This document shows, piece after piece, positions 24,895 through 33,462 of a stretch of 52,007 bases of DNA. The translations under genes and the position numbers were made by a program. Each line of letters opens with the position of its first letter. Position 1 is the first letter of the stretch. The DNA is from a virus. Taxonomy: Duplodnaviria > Caudoviricetes. The DNA lies in IMG/VR virus record IMGVR_UViG_3300042360_000367, positions 1 to 52,007 of that record; one strand, given 5' to 3'. The notes beneath the pieces were generated by a model that was given only the letters and a program-made list of their open reading frames with translations, was not told the DNA's origin and did no database searches.

Positions 24895-25395
24895 TCACCG
24901 GCAATTCGTCGTCACCATGTTGCCGATGGCGGTGCTGGTGCAGTTCACCGTCTGCCTTGGCGGCGGCGTGTTGGCGCGCAGGGATTCCCAGAATGCACGG
25001 TTGGCCTCCGCGCTGGCCTGCTGCCTCTGCAAGTTCATGCGCTCAATCTCCAACGCATAGCGCAAGTCGATGTCACGGCCTGGCACGTCCGGGCGCTCAA
25101 AGGTGAACTGCTGGGTAAGGCCCAGCAGGCGTAGATCGGCCGTCAGCACGTCGATGCTGGCCGTGGCGCCGCTGGCCCACTTCACGCGCGTTCCCTGCAG
25201 CCGTTTCGTGCCGGCCCGGCGGTCCTCGTCGGTGACTTGGTACTCCAGCGTCACCGGGGTGTATCCGAACAGCTGCGAGCCCTGGTACACGGCCGCGCCG
25301 GGCGGGTCCGACTGGTAGGTGACTTTCAGCACGGTGCTGCAACCCCCCGCCAGCAGCGCGGCAGACAGCAGCGCCAGAAGGCGCTTCTTCATCAC
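24895..25395 (-). CDS. Lipoprotein with a PEGA-like domain (lysogen-expressed; possible superinfection exclusion)
   Basis: Signal peptide with lipobox-like LAGGC; 'SDPPGAAVY....GYTP'; downstream of cI. Confidence 0.7.
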   Translation of the reverse strand: MMKKRLLALLSAALLAGGCSTVLKVTYQSDPPGAAVYQGSQLFGYTPVTLEYQVTDEDRRAGTKRLQGTRVKWASGATASIDVLTADLRLLGLTQQFTFERPDVPGRDIDLRYALEIERMNLQRQQASAEANRAFWESLRANTPPPRQTVNCTSTAIGNMVTTNCR

Positions 25396-25415
25396 GAGAT
25401 CTCCCTGTTGTGAGT

Positions 25416-26024
25416 TCAGATTTCCGAGCGCTCGATCAGCGTCATCACTGCCAGGATTCGCAGGCCATGCGTCTCCGAGTGCAAGCTGACGTAGGCGTCA
25501 TCAAGCGCCTGCGCGTGCCAGGTGCCGCCAGCACCCTGGGCGTAGCGGCGCACGTAGCGCCCACCCTCTTTGTCCTCCACCAGCACGCACTGGCGAGGCC
25601 GGGCTACATCGGCCCGCTTAAAGACCATCTTCGTGCCCGCAGGCACTTTGTCTCCCAACGCTCCATCCGGCATCATCACGGCAAATTCGCTGGGCAGTGC
25701 TCCCGACTGCATCAACAACTCCCATGTCACGATGTCGGGAATTGTTACTGCCTCGGGGCTCAGAAGCTGAGCCTGCCCGGGAATACGGCCTCCCACATTC
25801 TGGGGATGGCCTTCAGATTTCGGTGAGAAATCTCCGCGCAAAAGTGCGTCCGCGCTAGTTCTCATCACTCTGGCGAGTGACGCCAGATAACGCGGGTTGT
25901 GCACGTTGCCGGCCATCAGGTTCTCGATGTTCTGACGTGACGTGCCCACCAGCCTCGCCATCTGCGGGGCGTTCAGTTCTTCGGCCTGCATGAACTGCAG
26001 CACCTGTTCGGCGAGTGTTTTCAC
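25416..26024 (-). CDS. cI: CI-like repressor (XRE HTH plus degenerate S24 domain)
   Basis: 'LNAPQMARLVGTSRQNIENL...LASLARVM' HTH; divergent from the cro-like gene; GTG start at 26024. Confidence 0.85.
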   Translation of the reverse strand: MKTLAEQVLQFMQAEELNAPQMARLVGTSRQNIENLMAGNVHNPRYLASLARVMRTSADALLRGDFSPKSEGHPQNVGGRIPGQAQLLSPEAVTIPDIVTWELLMQSGALPSEFAVMMPDGALGDKVPAGTKMVFKRADVARPRQCVLVEDKEGGRYVRRYAQGAGGTWHAQALDDAYVSLHSETHGLRILAVMTLIERSEI

Positions 26025-26087
26025 GCAAAGCATTTTGCGGCGCTTGCAAGCAATCTTGTTTGCCTCTAGACTGGCAAACAAATTTGC
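26025..26087. promoter_or_regulatory. OR operators between cI and cro
   Basis: GCAA-N6-TTGC at 26025-26038, 26050-26063 and 26074-26087. Confidence 0.8.
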
Positions 26088-26099
26088 ACCCAGGCCGCT

Positions 26100-26387
26100 A
26101 TGCGCTACATCACCGTCAGTGACCTCCTCGCCGATTACTTCAACGGCAGCCCTACCGAACTTGCCGCCGCGCTTGGTGGCGATGTCAAGCGGCAGAACGT
26201 GGAGTATTGGCGGCTGCACAACCGCGTGCCCGCTCAGCATCGGCCGCCGATCGAACGGTTGACGAGGGGCAAGGTTACCTGCGAACGCTTGTCGCGTGAT
26301 GGTGCCATCTGGTCGCGCGTGCCGGATGACTCATGGCCGCACAAGGACGGCCGCCCCTGCCTGGACGTGGCCAAGGCCGTCGCCTGA
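26100..26387 (+). CDS. cro: Cro-like (YdaS-type) regulator
   Basis: 'GSPTELAAALG..VKRQNVEYW....VPA....IERLTRGKVTCERL'. Confidence 0.8.
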   Translation: MRYITVSDLLADYFNGSPTELAAALGGDVKRQNVEYWRLHNRVPAQHRPPIERLTRGKVTCERLSRDGAIWSRVPDDSWPHKDGRPCLDVAKAVA

Positions 26388-26467
26388 CCCATGCCCCCAC
26401 CTGTCTCCAGCGTGCACTGGCCGGCGCCTATCGCCGGGCGCTCTCCTCCCTTGCGCCGCACGCTTTG

Positions 26468-26502
26468 CCCCGGCTGGCTGATGCCGGCCGGGGGTTTTTC
26501 TT
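26468..26502 (+). terminator. tR1-like intrinsic terminator
   Basis: CCCCGGCTGGC-TGAT-GCCGGCCGGGG then GTTTTTCTT. Confidence 0.65.
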
Positions 26503-26666
26503 CGGGGCGCATGCCCTACCCGCGCCGCACTACGCGGGCTTCGTGGCCGAGCACTTCGAGCGCCTTGCGCTGGTACTCCATCGCCACGGCTTCGCGGATG
26601 CGGTTGAGCCAGTACGCCAGCGAGGCCGCTGCCATCGCATGCACCTGCAACTGAGTGTCGTCGCCC

Positions 26667-26918
26667 ATGAGTGAACCCCTGCTGAGTCGTCCTGCGAACC
26701 CGAACCGTCTTGAGGCCGAAGTCCGTCCGATGGTCCCCGTGGAGGTTCTTGCCGTGCTCGATGCCGTGTGCACCGACGAAGGGAAGGACCGTACCAAGAA
26801 GGTCAACGAGATCCTCCGCGCCTGGGCTCAGAAGGAATATCGCAGGGCCAGTCTCGTGATGAACACCTCGCGTGGCAATCCTCCGCTTCTGGATGACATG
26901 CCGGAGGACTCGGCATGA
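26667..26918 (+). CDS. Small regulator in the CII position
   Basis: RHH-like 'EVRPMVPVEVLAVLDAV......RTKKVNEIL'. Confidence 0.6.
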   Translation: MSEPLLSRPANPNRLEAEVRPMVPVEVLAVLDAVCTDEGKDRTKKVNEILRAWAQKEYRRASLVMNTSRGNPPLLDDMPEDSA

Positions 26919-27205
26919 CGCGCCCTGCCCTGAACGACAAGCAGATCGCGCGCATGGCCTTCCGCATCGCCATGTTTCAGCGCCGCGGCTTGAGCGAGCG
27001 CGCGGCCGAGAAGCTGGCCGACCGCTTGGCAGACCGCGACGACGACCGCGACGACCGGCGCGTGTGCCTGGAGTGCGAGCACCTGCAGCGCTCCGGTGCG
27101 TGCTTCGCTGCCGCGCAGGGCTGGCTTCCCCACACCTCGCCCAGGCACGCGCCTGTTCCTGACCTTCTCCAGCGCTGCGAGCGCTTCAGCTTTCAAACCC
27201 CATGA
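26915..27205 (+). CDS. Hypothetical Cys-containing protein
   Basis: 'DDRRVCLECEHL...C..LQRCERF'. Confidence 0.65.
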   Translation: MTRPALNDKQIARMAFRIAMFQRRGLSERAAEKLADRLADRDDDRDDRRVCLECEHLQRSGACFAAAQGWLPHTSPRHAPVPDLLQRCERFSFQTP

Positions 27206-28038
27206 CGCAAGCACTCATCAAGTACGAAGCCGCCTGCTACGCCATCGCCGAGTGCGTGCGCGTGGACGAGGTGAAGGAATGGGCCGACAAGGCCGCCGCG
27301 ATGCAGGCCTACGGGCGCATGGCGAAGGACCAGACCTTGCAGGCGCAGGCGGCCGAGATCCGCATTCGCGCCGAGCGCCGGCTGGGTGAACTCATCACGG
27401 CGCAGAAGGCCGAGGGCGGGCTGAACCGCGGCGCAGCCGGGCTTGGCATCAACCAGCACACGCCCAAGGAGGTGCCCTCGTTGGCGACGAGGGCACCTCA
27501 AACGAGGGCACCTGCGCTGGCCGAGGCGGGCATCAGCTACGACCTGTCCAGCCGCGCGCAACGGCTGGCCGCTGTGCCCGAGCAGGTCTTTGAAGCAGAG
27601 CTCGCCGCCAAGCGCGAACGCGACCTGAAGGACGGTGCACGGGTCAGTGCTCGCCTTGAAGCCGCCGGCGCCAAGGTGCTGAAGCAGCAGACGGCACAAG
27701 AGGCCGAAGCCGCGCGCCAGGCCGAAGAGGCGCACGGCGACCTTGACACGGTGGCGGCCCTGGAAGAGGCGCTGCGCGAGATCGAGGCGCTGACCGGCGA
27801 AGTAAAGGCGGCCGAAGCCGACGACCTGAAGGCCGAGGCCATCAAGTGGCGCCGCGCCTACGACCACGCGGTGCGCCAGCAGTCCGAAGCGATGGACCGC
27901 GCCAAGGAATCGACCGACCGCGAGAAGTGGGTGATGCGGCAACTGATGCGCTGCGGCAAGGCCGTGGGCCAGGAAGACCCGTCCAAGATCGCCGCCGCCG
28001 TTGAGGCAGTGGCCCGCCAGCAGAAGGTGGCCGCATGA
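27202..28038 (+). CDS. Hypothetical DNA-binding or coiled-coil protein
   Basis: 'AEIRIRAERRLGEL', 'LAEAGISYDLSSRAQRLA'. Confidence 0.7.
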   Translation: MTQALIKYEAACYAIAECVRVDEVKEWADKAAAMQAYGRMAKDQTLQAQAAEIRIRAERRLGELITAQKAEGGLNRGAAGLGINQHTPKEVPSLATRAPQTRAPALAEAGISYDLSSRAQRLAAVPEQVFEAELAAKRERDLKDGARVSARLEAAGAKVLKQQTAQEAEAARQAEEAHGDLDTVAALEEALREIEALTGEVKAAEADDLKAEAIKWRRAYDHAVRQQSEAMDRAKESTDREKWVMRQLMRCGKAVGQEDPSKIAAAVEAVARQQKVAA

Positions 28039-29534
28039 AAGTCTCTCTCCGCGATTACCAGGCGCGCGCGTTCGACCTTGCGCGCGATGCAGTGCGTCAG
28101 GGCCATAAGCGCATCCTCATCGTGGCCCCCACCGGCGGCGGCAAGACCGTGCTGGCGTCGGCCCTCATGGAGATGGTGAAGGAGAAGGGGAACCGCGCCG
28201 CGTTCGTGGTGGACCGGCTCTCCCTGATCCAGCAGACCAGCGACACCTTCGACCGCTACGGGCTTGACCACGGCGTCATCCAGGGCGGCCACGTCCGGTT
28301 CCGCCCGTCGATGCCGCTGCAGTTGTGCAGCGTGCAGACGCTGGCCCGCCGCCGCTGGCCAGAAACGCAAGTGGACGTGTTCGATGAGGCGCACGTTCTG
28401 CACGCATGCCACAAGGCCCGCCTGCAGCAAGACGAGTCGGTGGTGATCGGCTTGACCGCCACGCCTTTTACCAAGGGCCTGGGCAAGTGGTTCGATGTCG
28501 TCATCAACGTGACGACCACGCGCGAACTGATAGACCAGAAGTGGCTTTCCCCGTACCGCGTTTTCTCGTGCGTCGAGCCCGACATGAGTGGCGTCGCGGT
28601 GAAGTCCACCGGCGAGTGGGACGACACCCAGGCCAGCAAGAAGGCGCTGGAAGTGGTGGGCGACGTGGTGGCCGAGTACCTGAAGCACGGCGAGAGCCGC
28701 AAGTTCATTTGCAGCGCGGTAGACACCACGCACGTTGAGGAACTGCAGCGCCAGTTTCTGGCCGCGGGCATCAACGTGGCCAGCTACACCTACAAGGACA
28801 AGGACGAAGACCGCGCGGATGTCACGCTGGAGTTCCGAAAGCCTGACAGCAGCATTCGCGGCCTCATCACTGTCACTGCTGCCTCGCGTGGGTTCGACGT
28901 GCCTGACGTGGGCTGCATCATCATGGCCCGGCCCCTGCGCAAGAGCTTGGCCGAGCACATCCAGCTGCTGGGCCGCGGCCTTCGCATCGCGGACAACAAG
29001 ACGGACTGCCTGGTGCTGTGCCACTCAGGGAACATGGCCCGGTTTTGGGCTGACACCGAAGAGTTCTTCGACAACGGCTTAGCCGAACTGGACGACGGCA
29101 AGCCCAAGGACAAGAAGAAGGCCGAGAAGAAGGTTGAGGCCGAGCCGGTCAAGTGCGGAAGCTGCGGCCACCTGCACCGGCCGATGCCGTTCTGCCCGAA
29201 CTGCGGCCACGAGTACCCGAAGAAGGCCGCGGTGCAGCATGTGCCTGGCACGCTGAAGGAACTCATCGCTCACGGCGACCAGGGCCTGCTGCGCAAGAAG
29301 CTGTGGCCGCAGATCGTGTCTTACGTGCTGGAAGGCACGCAGGACATGGAGCGCGCGCAGCGCAAGGCGCAGGCCATGTACCACGAGCTTACTGGCACGT
29401 TCGCCAAGGCGCGCGTCGAGACGACGACGCCCGAGCCGTGCACGGCCGAGGTCCGCAATCGCATCCGGGCGAACCAGATCCGCTGGGCCAAGGGCCGCCA
29501 GAAGGCCGCGCAGCGCGAGGCGGTGCCGGCATGA
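28035..29534 (+). CDS. Superfamily 2 (DEAH) helicase with Zn ribbon
   Basis: 'LRDYQ', 'APTGGGKT', 'DEAH', 'GLTATP', 'QLLGRGLR', CxxC...CxxC. Confidence 0.92.
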   Translation: MKVSLRDYQARAFDLARDAVRQGHKRILIVAPTGGGKTVLASALMEMVKEKGNRAAFVVDRLSLIQQTSDTFDRYGLDHGVIQGGHVRFRPSMPLQLCSVQTLARRRWPETQVDVFDEAHVLHACHKARLQQDESVVIGLTATPFTKGLGKWFDVVINVTTTRELIDQKWLSPYRVFSCVEPDMSGVAVKSTGEWDDTQASKKALEVVGDVVAEYLKHGESRKFICSAVDTTHVEELQRQFLAAGINVASYTYKDKDEDRADVTLEFRKPDSSIRGLITVTAASRGFDVPDVGCIIMARPLRKSLAEHIQLLGRGLRIADNKTDCLVLCHSGNMARFWADTEEFFDNGLAELDDGKPKDKKKAEKKVEAEPVKCGSCGHLHRPMPFCPNCGHEYPKKAAVQHVPGTLKELIAHGDQGLLRKKLWPQIVSYVLEGTQDMERAQRKAQAMYHELTGTFAKARVETTTPEPCTAEVRNRIRANQIRWAKGRQKAAQREAVPA

Positions 29535-30442
29535 GCTTTGAGCAGGCACTCCGCTTCGCTGGCCTGCGCCCGCGCAGCAGCGACATCAAGGCCGATGGCG
29601 TCATCCGCCGCTGCCCGACCGAAAGCAAGCCAGGCAAGCGCAACGGCTGGTTTGTGCTGCACCCGGATGGCCATGGCTCCTGGGGTGATTGGGGCAGCGG
29701 CGGCGGCGAGGCGCTGGGCCACTGGAAGGACGAACACGCGAAGGTCGATGCGGCTGCTGTGGCGCGCATGGCCGAGCAGACACGCCAGCAGCGCGAGCGC
29801 GAGCGCGCGCACCGACTGCAGGCCATGCGCAGCGCCCGCACGTTCTGGGCTGCTGCGCGCCCGCTGAACCGGCCGCACAAGTACATCGCCGACAAGGGCC
29901 TGAGCCCGCTGGGCTGCGCGAGCCTGCGCACGCACGACGGGCTGCTGGTGGTGCCTGTGTGGCTGGGTGAATGGCTCATCAGCGTGCAGACCATCACCGC
30001 AGACGGCGCCAAGCGTTTCTGGCCGGGTGCGCCTGTCAAGGCGGGGTGCCTGGTGCTGGATCGCCAGCGCCCGGCCGTCACCGTGGTGTGCGAGGGCTTG
30101 GCCACCGGCCTTGCGGTGTTTCAGAGCATGCGCCAGGCGCGCGTGGTGGTGGCCTTTGACGCCGGCAACCTGCTGCCGGTGGTGGGGCGCTTGAAGCTGT
30201 CGGGCAGCGTGGTGATCGGCGCCGACAACGACCACGCCACGCTGGCCCGCCGCGGCTTCAACCCCGGCCTGGACAAGGCGCGCAACGCGGCCGAGTTGAT
30301 CGGCTGCGGTGTGGCCTACCCCACGGGCATTGAAGGCAGCGACTGGGCTGATTTCCTCAAGGAACTTGGCGAAGGCTCGCCGCGGAAGCTGGAACGCGCG
30401 GTGCTGGCCCAGGCCCGCTACGTGATGGAGCCTGTGCCGTGA
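29531..30442 (+). CDS. TOPRIM-domain primase
   Basis: 'CEGLATG', 'VAFDAGNL', 'ADND', 'SDWAD'. Confidence 0.85.
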   Translation: MSFEQALRFAGLRPRSSDIKADGVIRRCPTESKPGKRNGWFVLHPDGHGSWGDWGSGGGEALGHWKDEHAKVDAAAVARMAEQTRQQRERERAHRLQAMRSARTFWAAARPLNRPHKYIADKGLSPLGCASLRTHDGLLVVPVWLGEWLISVQTITADGAKRFWPGAPVKAGCLVLDRQRPAVTVVCEGLATGLAVFQSMRQARVVVAFDAGNLLPVVGRLKLSGSVVIGADNDHATLARRGFNPGLDKARNAAELIGCGVAYPTGIEGSDWADFLKELGEGSPRKLERAVLAQARYVMEPVP

Positions 30443-30731
30443 GCGGGCCTCGATGCCCCGCGCGGACGCCAAGCAGACACCGGCGCGCGGGACACGACAC
30501 CTCTACCGGGGGCAAGACGCGGAAGCAGAGGGGCGGGGTGGCGAAGGCAGCGCCCCAGCGTCGAGCGGCTACCGGGTCTATGTGGCTCCAGACGGCACGT
30601 AGTGAAGGACTCATCCGGCAGGCTGGGTCCGTCCACCAAACGGCACCAACGAAGAAAGCATTTGGCTGTTTCTCTATGAGCGCTACTACCTCACCTACGC
30701 ACGCGACGCGCCGGCCGGCAGGGGGCACGCT

Positions 30732-31214
30732 GTGAAGTGGACCGTCGAACTCCGCGAGCTTGCCGCCGCGCACCGCGCCTTGCTGGCCTTGTGGGCGCAG
30801 ATCAAGCCGCTGCTGGCCGCCGGCAAGTACCTGATCGTCACCATCAAGACGGACAGCCGCAGCCTGGCGCAGAACCGGCTCATGTGGTCCTGCCTGCGCG
30901 ACCTGAGCGAGCAGGTGGAGTGGGACGGCGGCAGGTTCGATGAGGAAGGCTGGAAAGACCTCATCACCGCGACGCTCCACGGGCAGCGCGTGGTGCGCGA
31001 CCTTGAGTGCACGGGCTTGGTGTCGCTGAGCCGCGGCCGGTCCACCAGCGAAATGACTATCGCCGAGATGGTCGAGGTGATCGACTACGCCCACGCCTTT
31101 GGCGACCTGCGCGGGGTGAAGTGGAGCAAGACCTCGCTTGGCCGCGACTGGCCCGAATGCACAACTGGTGTGCGCCCGGTGCGCGCGAAGAAGGCGCAGG
31201 AGGTGCAGGCGTGA
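30732..31214 (+). CDS. ninB: NinB-family recombination protein
   Basis: 'RSLAQNRLMWSCLRDLSEQVEW', 'WKDLITA', 'STSEMTIAEM.EVIDY..AFG'. Confidence 0.85.
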   Translation: MKWTVELRELAAAHRALLALWAQIKPLLAAGKYLIVTIKTDSRSLAQNRLMWSCLRDLSEQVEWDGGRFDEEGWKDLITATLHGQRVVRDLECTGLVSLSRGRSTSEMTIAEMVEVIDYAHAFGDLRGVKWSKTSLGRDWPECTTGVRPVRAKKAQEVQA

Positions 31215-32437
31215 AGCCCGCCTACTACAACGAGTTCGACCCCTACGCGGCGCAATGGCTGCGCAACCTGATCGCCGCTGGCCGAATCGCGCCCGGCGAC
31301 GTTGACGAACGGAGCATCACCGATGTCCGACCTGACGACCTGCGAGGCTACGGCCAGTGCCACTTCTTCGCCGGCATCGGCGGCTGGAGCGTTGCACTGC
31401 GACTCGCCGGCATCCCCGATGACCGACCTGTTTGGACAGGTTCTTGCCCCTGCCAGCCCTTCAGCGCCGCGGGCAAGCAGCGTGGCAGCAACGATGAGCG
31501 CCACCTATGGCCTGCGTTCTTCGACCTCATCCGCGAGTGCCGCCCTTCAAGGGTCTTTGGCGAGCAGGTTGCCGGAGCAGCTGGCTACGCCTGGTGGGAC
31601 CATGTGGCAGCAGACCTGGAAAGCGAAGACTACGCCGCTGCGGCGGCGGATATTGGCGCACACAGCGTCGGCGCGTTCCACATCCGCCAGCGGCTCTACT
31701 GGGTGGCCCACGCCGGATGCCAGCGCCTGCAACAGCGCGGGCGACACAACCTGGCAGGACCGGCGGCAGGCGATGAAAGCCAAGCACGGGAACGGCAACG
31801 GGTTTGGCTTGACGCTGGGGCAGGCCAGCACGCTGGCATCCTGGGCCACGCCGACCCGCAGCGACCATCAGGGCGCAGCCTCACCGGAAGCGGTGAAGGA
31901 ATGGGCCAGCCGGGGGCACAACCTGCCCGAGCAGGCGCAGATGGCGGCGTGGGCAACTCCGGGAGCGGGCGACGACCGGGGAGCGAACCCGCGCTGGCAG
32001 GAAGCTGCGCAACGACACGCCGCGAAGGGCCAGCACAAGCAAATGGGCCTGCGGGATCAGTGCCGGCTTTCGGCCTGGCCAACACCGCAAGAGCATGTGA
32101 TCGACGCGAAGAAAAAGCCGCCGATCATGGAGGGTCGCAAAGCGACCGACCCGCAGATTGGGCTGGCGGACGTAGCTGTGCACTTGACCCCTGGGGCGCC
32201 GTCGAATGGCTCCAGTGCAGCGACGGCAAGGCCCGGCCAACTCAACCCGGCCTTTTCCCTCTGGTTGATGGGGTACGAGATGGCCGCTTGGCTGTTGGCA
32301 GCGCCCTCGGACAAGGCGCAGCCGCGCTCAGCGAAGCCCAAGCGCAGCACCGATTCAGCCGCGTCGGCGTCCTGAAGGGCGCAGGCAACGCCATCGTGCC
32401 GCAGGTTGCGGCTGCGTTTGTGAGGGCCGCCGCATGA
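31211..32437 (+). CDS. C5-cytosine DNA methyltransferase, catalytic frame
   Basis: 'FFAGIGG' (motif I), 'GSCPCQPFS' (IV), 'GEQV' (VI), 'HIRQRLYWV' (VIII), 'GNAIVPQVA' (X). Confidence 0.88.
   Translation: MKPAYYNEFDPYAAQWLRNLIAAGRIAPGDVDERSITDVRPDDLRGYGQCHFFAGIGGWSVALRLAGIPDDRPVWTGSCPCQPFSAAGKQRGSNDERHLWPAFFDLIRECRPSRVFGEQVAGAAGYAWWDHVAADLESEDYAAAAADIGAHSVGAFHIRQRLYWVAHAGCQRLQQRGRHNLAGPAAGDESQARERQRVWLDAGAGQHAGILGHADPQRPSGRSLTGSGEGMGQPGAQPARAGADGGVGNSGSGRRPGSEPALAGSCATTRREGPAQANGPAGSVPAFGLANTARACDRREEKAADHGGSQSDRPADWAGGRSCALDPWGAVEWLQCSDGKARPTQPGLFPLVDGVRDGRLAVGSALGQGAAALSEAQAQHRFSRVGVLKGAGNAIVPQVAAAFVRAAA
31323..32375 (+). CDS. Nested alternative-frame ORF, putative second MTase subunit (TRD repeats and motif IX)
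   Basis: ATG at 31323 with GGAG upstream; four W(P/A)TP repeats; ends in 'GQLNPAFSLWLMGY'. Confidence 0.65.
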   Translation: MSDLTTCEATASATSSPASAAGALHCDSPASPMTDLFGQVLAPASPSAPRASSVAATMSATYGLRSSTSSASAALQGSLASRLPEQLATPGGTMWQQTWKAKTTPLRRRILAHTASARSTSASGSTGWPTPDASACNSAGDTTWQDRRQAMKAKHGNGNGFGLTLGQASTLASWATPTRSDHQGAASPEAVKEWASRGHNLPEQAQMAAWATPGAGDDRGANPRWQEAAQRHAAKGQHKQMGLRDQCRLSAWPTPQEHVIDAKKKPPIMEGRKATDPQIGLADVAVHLTPGAPSNGSSAATARPGQLNPAFSLWLMGYEMAAWLLAAPSDKAQPRSAKPKRSTDSAASAS

Positions 32438-32808
32438 CCGCGGCCCAGGTTCTGTGCATCCCCATGCCCCTGCACATTCACAGCGAGGCCAACGGCAGCC
32501 ATGGCCACCACATGGCCCGCGCCCGCAAGGTGAAAGCGCAGCGCCAGGCCGTCGCGTGGTGCCTCAAGCCCCACAAGGTGCCGACACTGCCTGCCACCGT
32601 GACCCTGGTGCGGATCTCGCCAGGAAAGCTGGACGAGCACGACAACCTGCCGCGCGCTTTCAAGGCCGTGGTCGATGAGCTCGCCAAGTGGATGGGCGTG
32701 AAGGACAACGACGCGCGCCTGACATGGCAGTACGCCCAGCGCAGCGAAGGCCGCAGCCGCTACGCCTGCGAGATCGTCATTGAAAGCCGATTCGAGGTGC
32801 AGCCGTGA
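32434..32808 (+). CDS. RusA-like Holliday junction resolvase or endonuclease
   Basis: 'LDEHDNLPRAFKAVVDEL....GVKDND'. Confidence 0.65.
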   Translation: MTAAQVLCIPMPLHIHSEANGSHGHHMARARKVKAQRQAVAWCLKPHKVPTLPATVTLVRISPGKLDEHDNLPRAFKAVVDELAKWMGVKDNDARLTWQYAQRSEGRSRYACEIVIESRFEVQP

Positions 32809-33062
32809 CCGAAGACCGCGACACCCTTGCCGCCCGGCTGCTGGCCGAGCACGACGCGGCATGCGCAGAACTGGCAGTTCTGACACCGCGCCAGCGCGAG
32901 TGCCTGGGGCTGGTTGCCAAGGGCTACGGCTACAAGCAGGCCGGTGAGGCAATGGGCGTGACGCTGCACGCTGCACGGGCGCACATGCGCCTGGTGTGCC
33001 GCGCGCTGGACTGCAACGCGACCGAAGCCATCGTGCTGGCCGCGCAGGCGAGGTGGGTGTGA
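32805..33062 (+). CDS. LuxR-type HTH protein
   Basis: 'LTPRQRECLGLVAKGYGYKQAGEAMGVT'. Confidence 0.75.
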   Translation: MTEDRDTLAARLLAEHDAACAELAVLTPRQRECLGLVAKGYGYKQAGEAMGVTLHAARAHMRLVCRALDCNATEAIVLAAQARWV

Positions 33063-33262
33063 TGGCCGCCTGGCGCACCCCTGGCTTCCAGTTCTACACG
33101 CCCGAGATGCGCGCGTGGCTTGGTGGCTACCGGCCCCGCATCGCCGCAGAACTGTGCGCACCTGCTGCTGGCAAGCCCCGCGACGCGGAGGCCGCCGAGC
33201 GCCTGCGCGATGCGCGCGAGCGTGGCAGCGATGCGTGGCGCGTGAAGGAGGGCAAGCGGTGA
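33062..33262 (+). CDS. Hypothetical protein
   Basis: Coupled small ORF MAAWRTPG... Confidence 0.45.
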   Translation: MAAWRTPGFQFYTPEMRAWLGGYRPRIAAELCAPAAGKPRDAEAAERLRDARERGSDAWRVKEGKR

Positions 33263-33462
33263 AGTGCGCCGACTGCAAGCGCCTGCTGCGCGCCAAGCCC
33301 GCGCTGGAGATCTCCACGCGCGAAGGCGTGCTGCGGTTCGGGCCGGTGTGCGCCAAGCGCTACATCGTGCGCCCCACGCGCACGGCATGGAAGGTGGTCG
33401 AGAAGCGCGCCGTGGTGGCGCCGCCGGTGGACCCGAGACAACTCACATTGGAACTTGCATGA
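33259..33462 (+). CDS. Small Zn-finger protein
   Basis: GTG after AAGGAGG; 'CADC...FGPVCAK'. Confidence 0.6.
   Translation: MKCADCKRLLRAKPALEISTREGVLRFGPVCAKRYIVRPTRTAWKVVEKRAVVAPPVDPRQLTLELA

Noticed and set aside
30439-30735. 98-aa ORF or replication origin after the primase
   Set aside because: The translation is not protein-like and no iterons were found; an origin is plausible by position but unsupported
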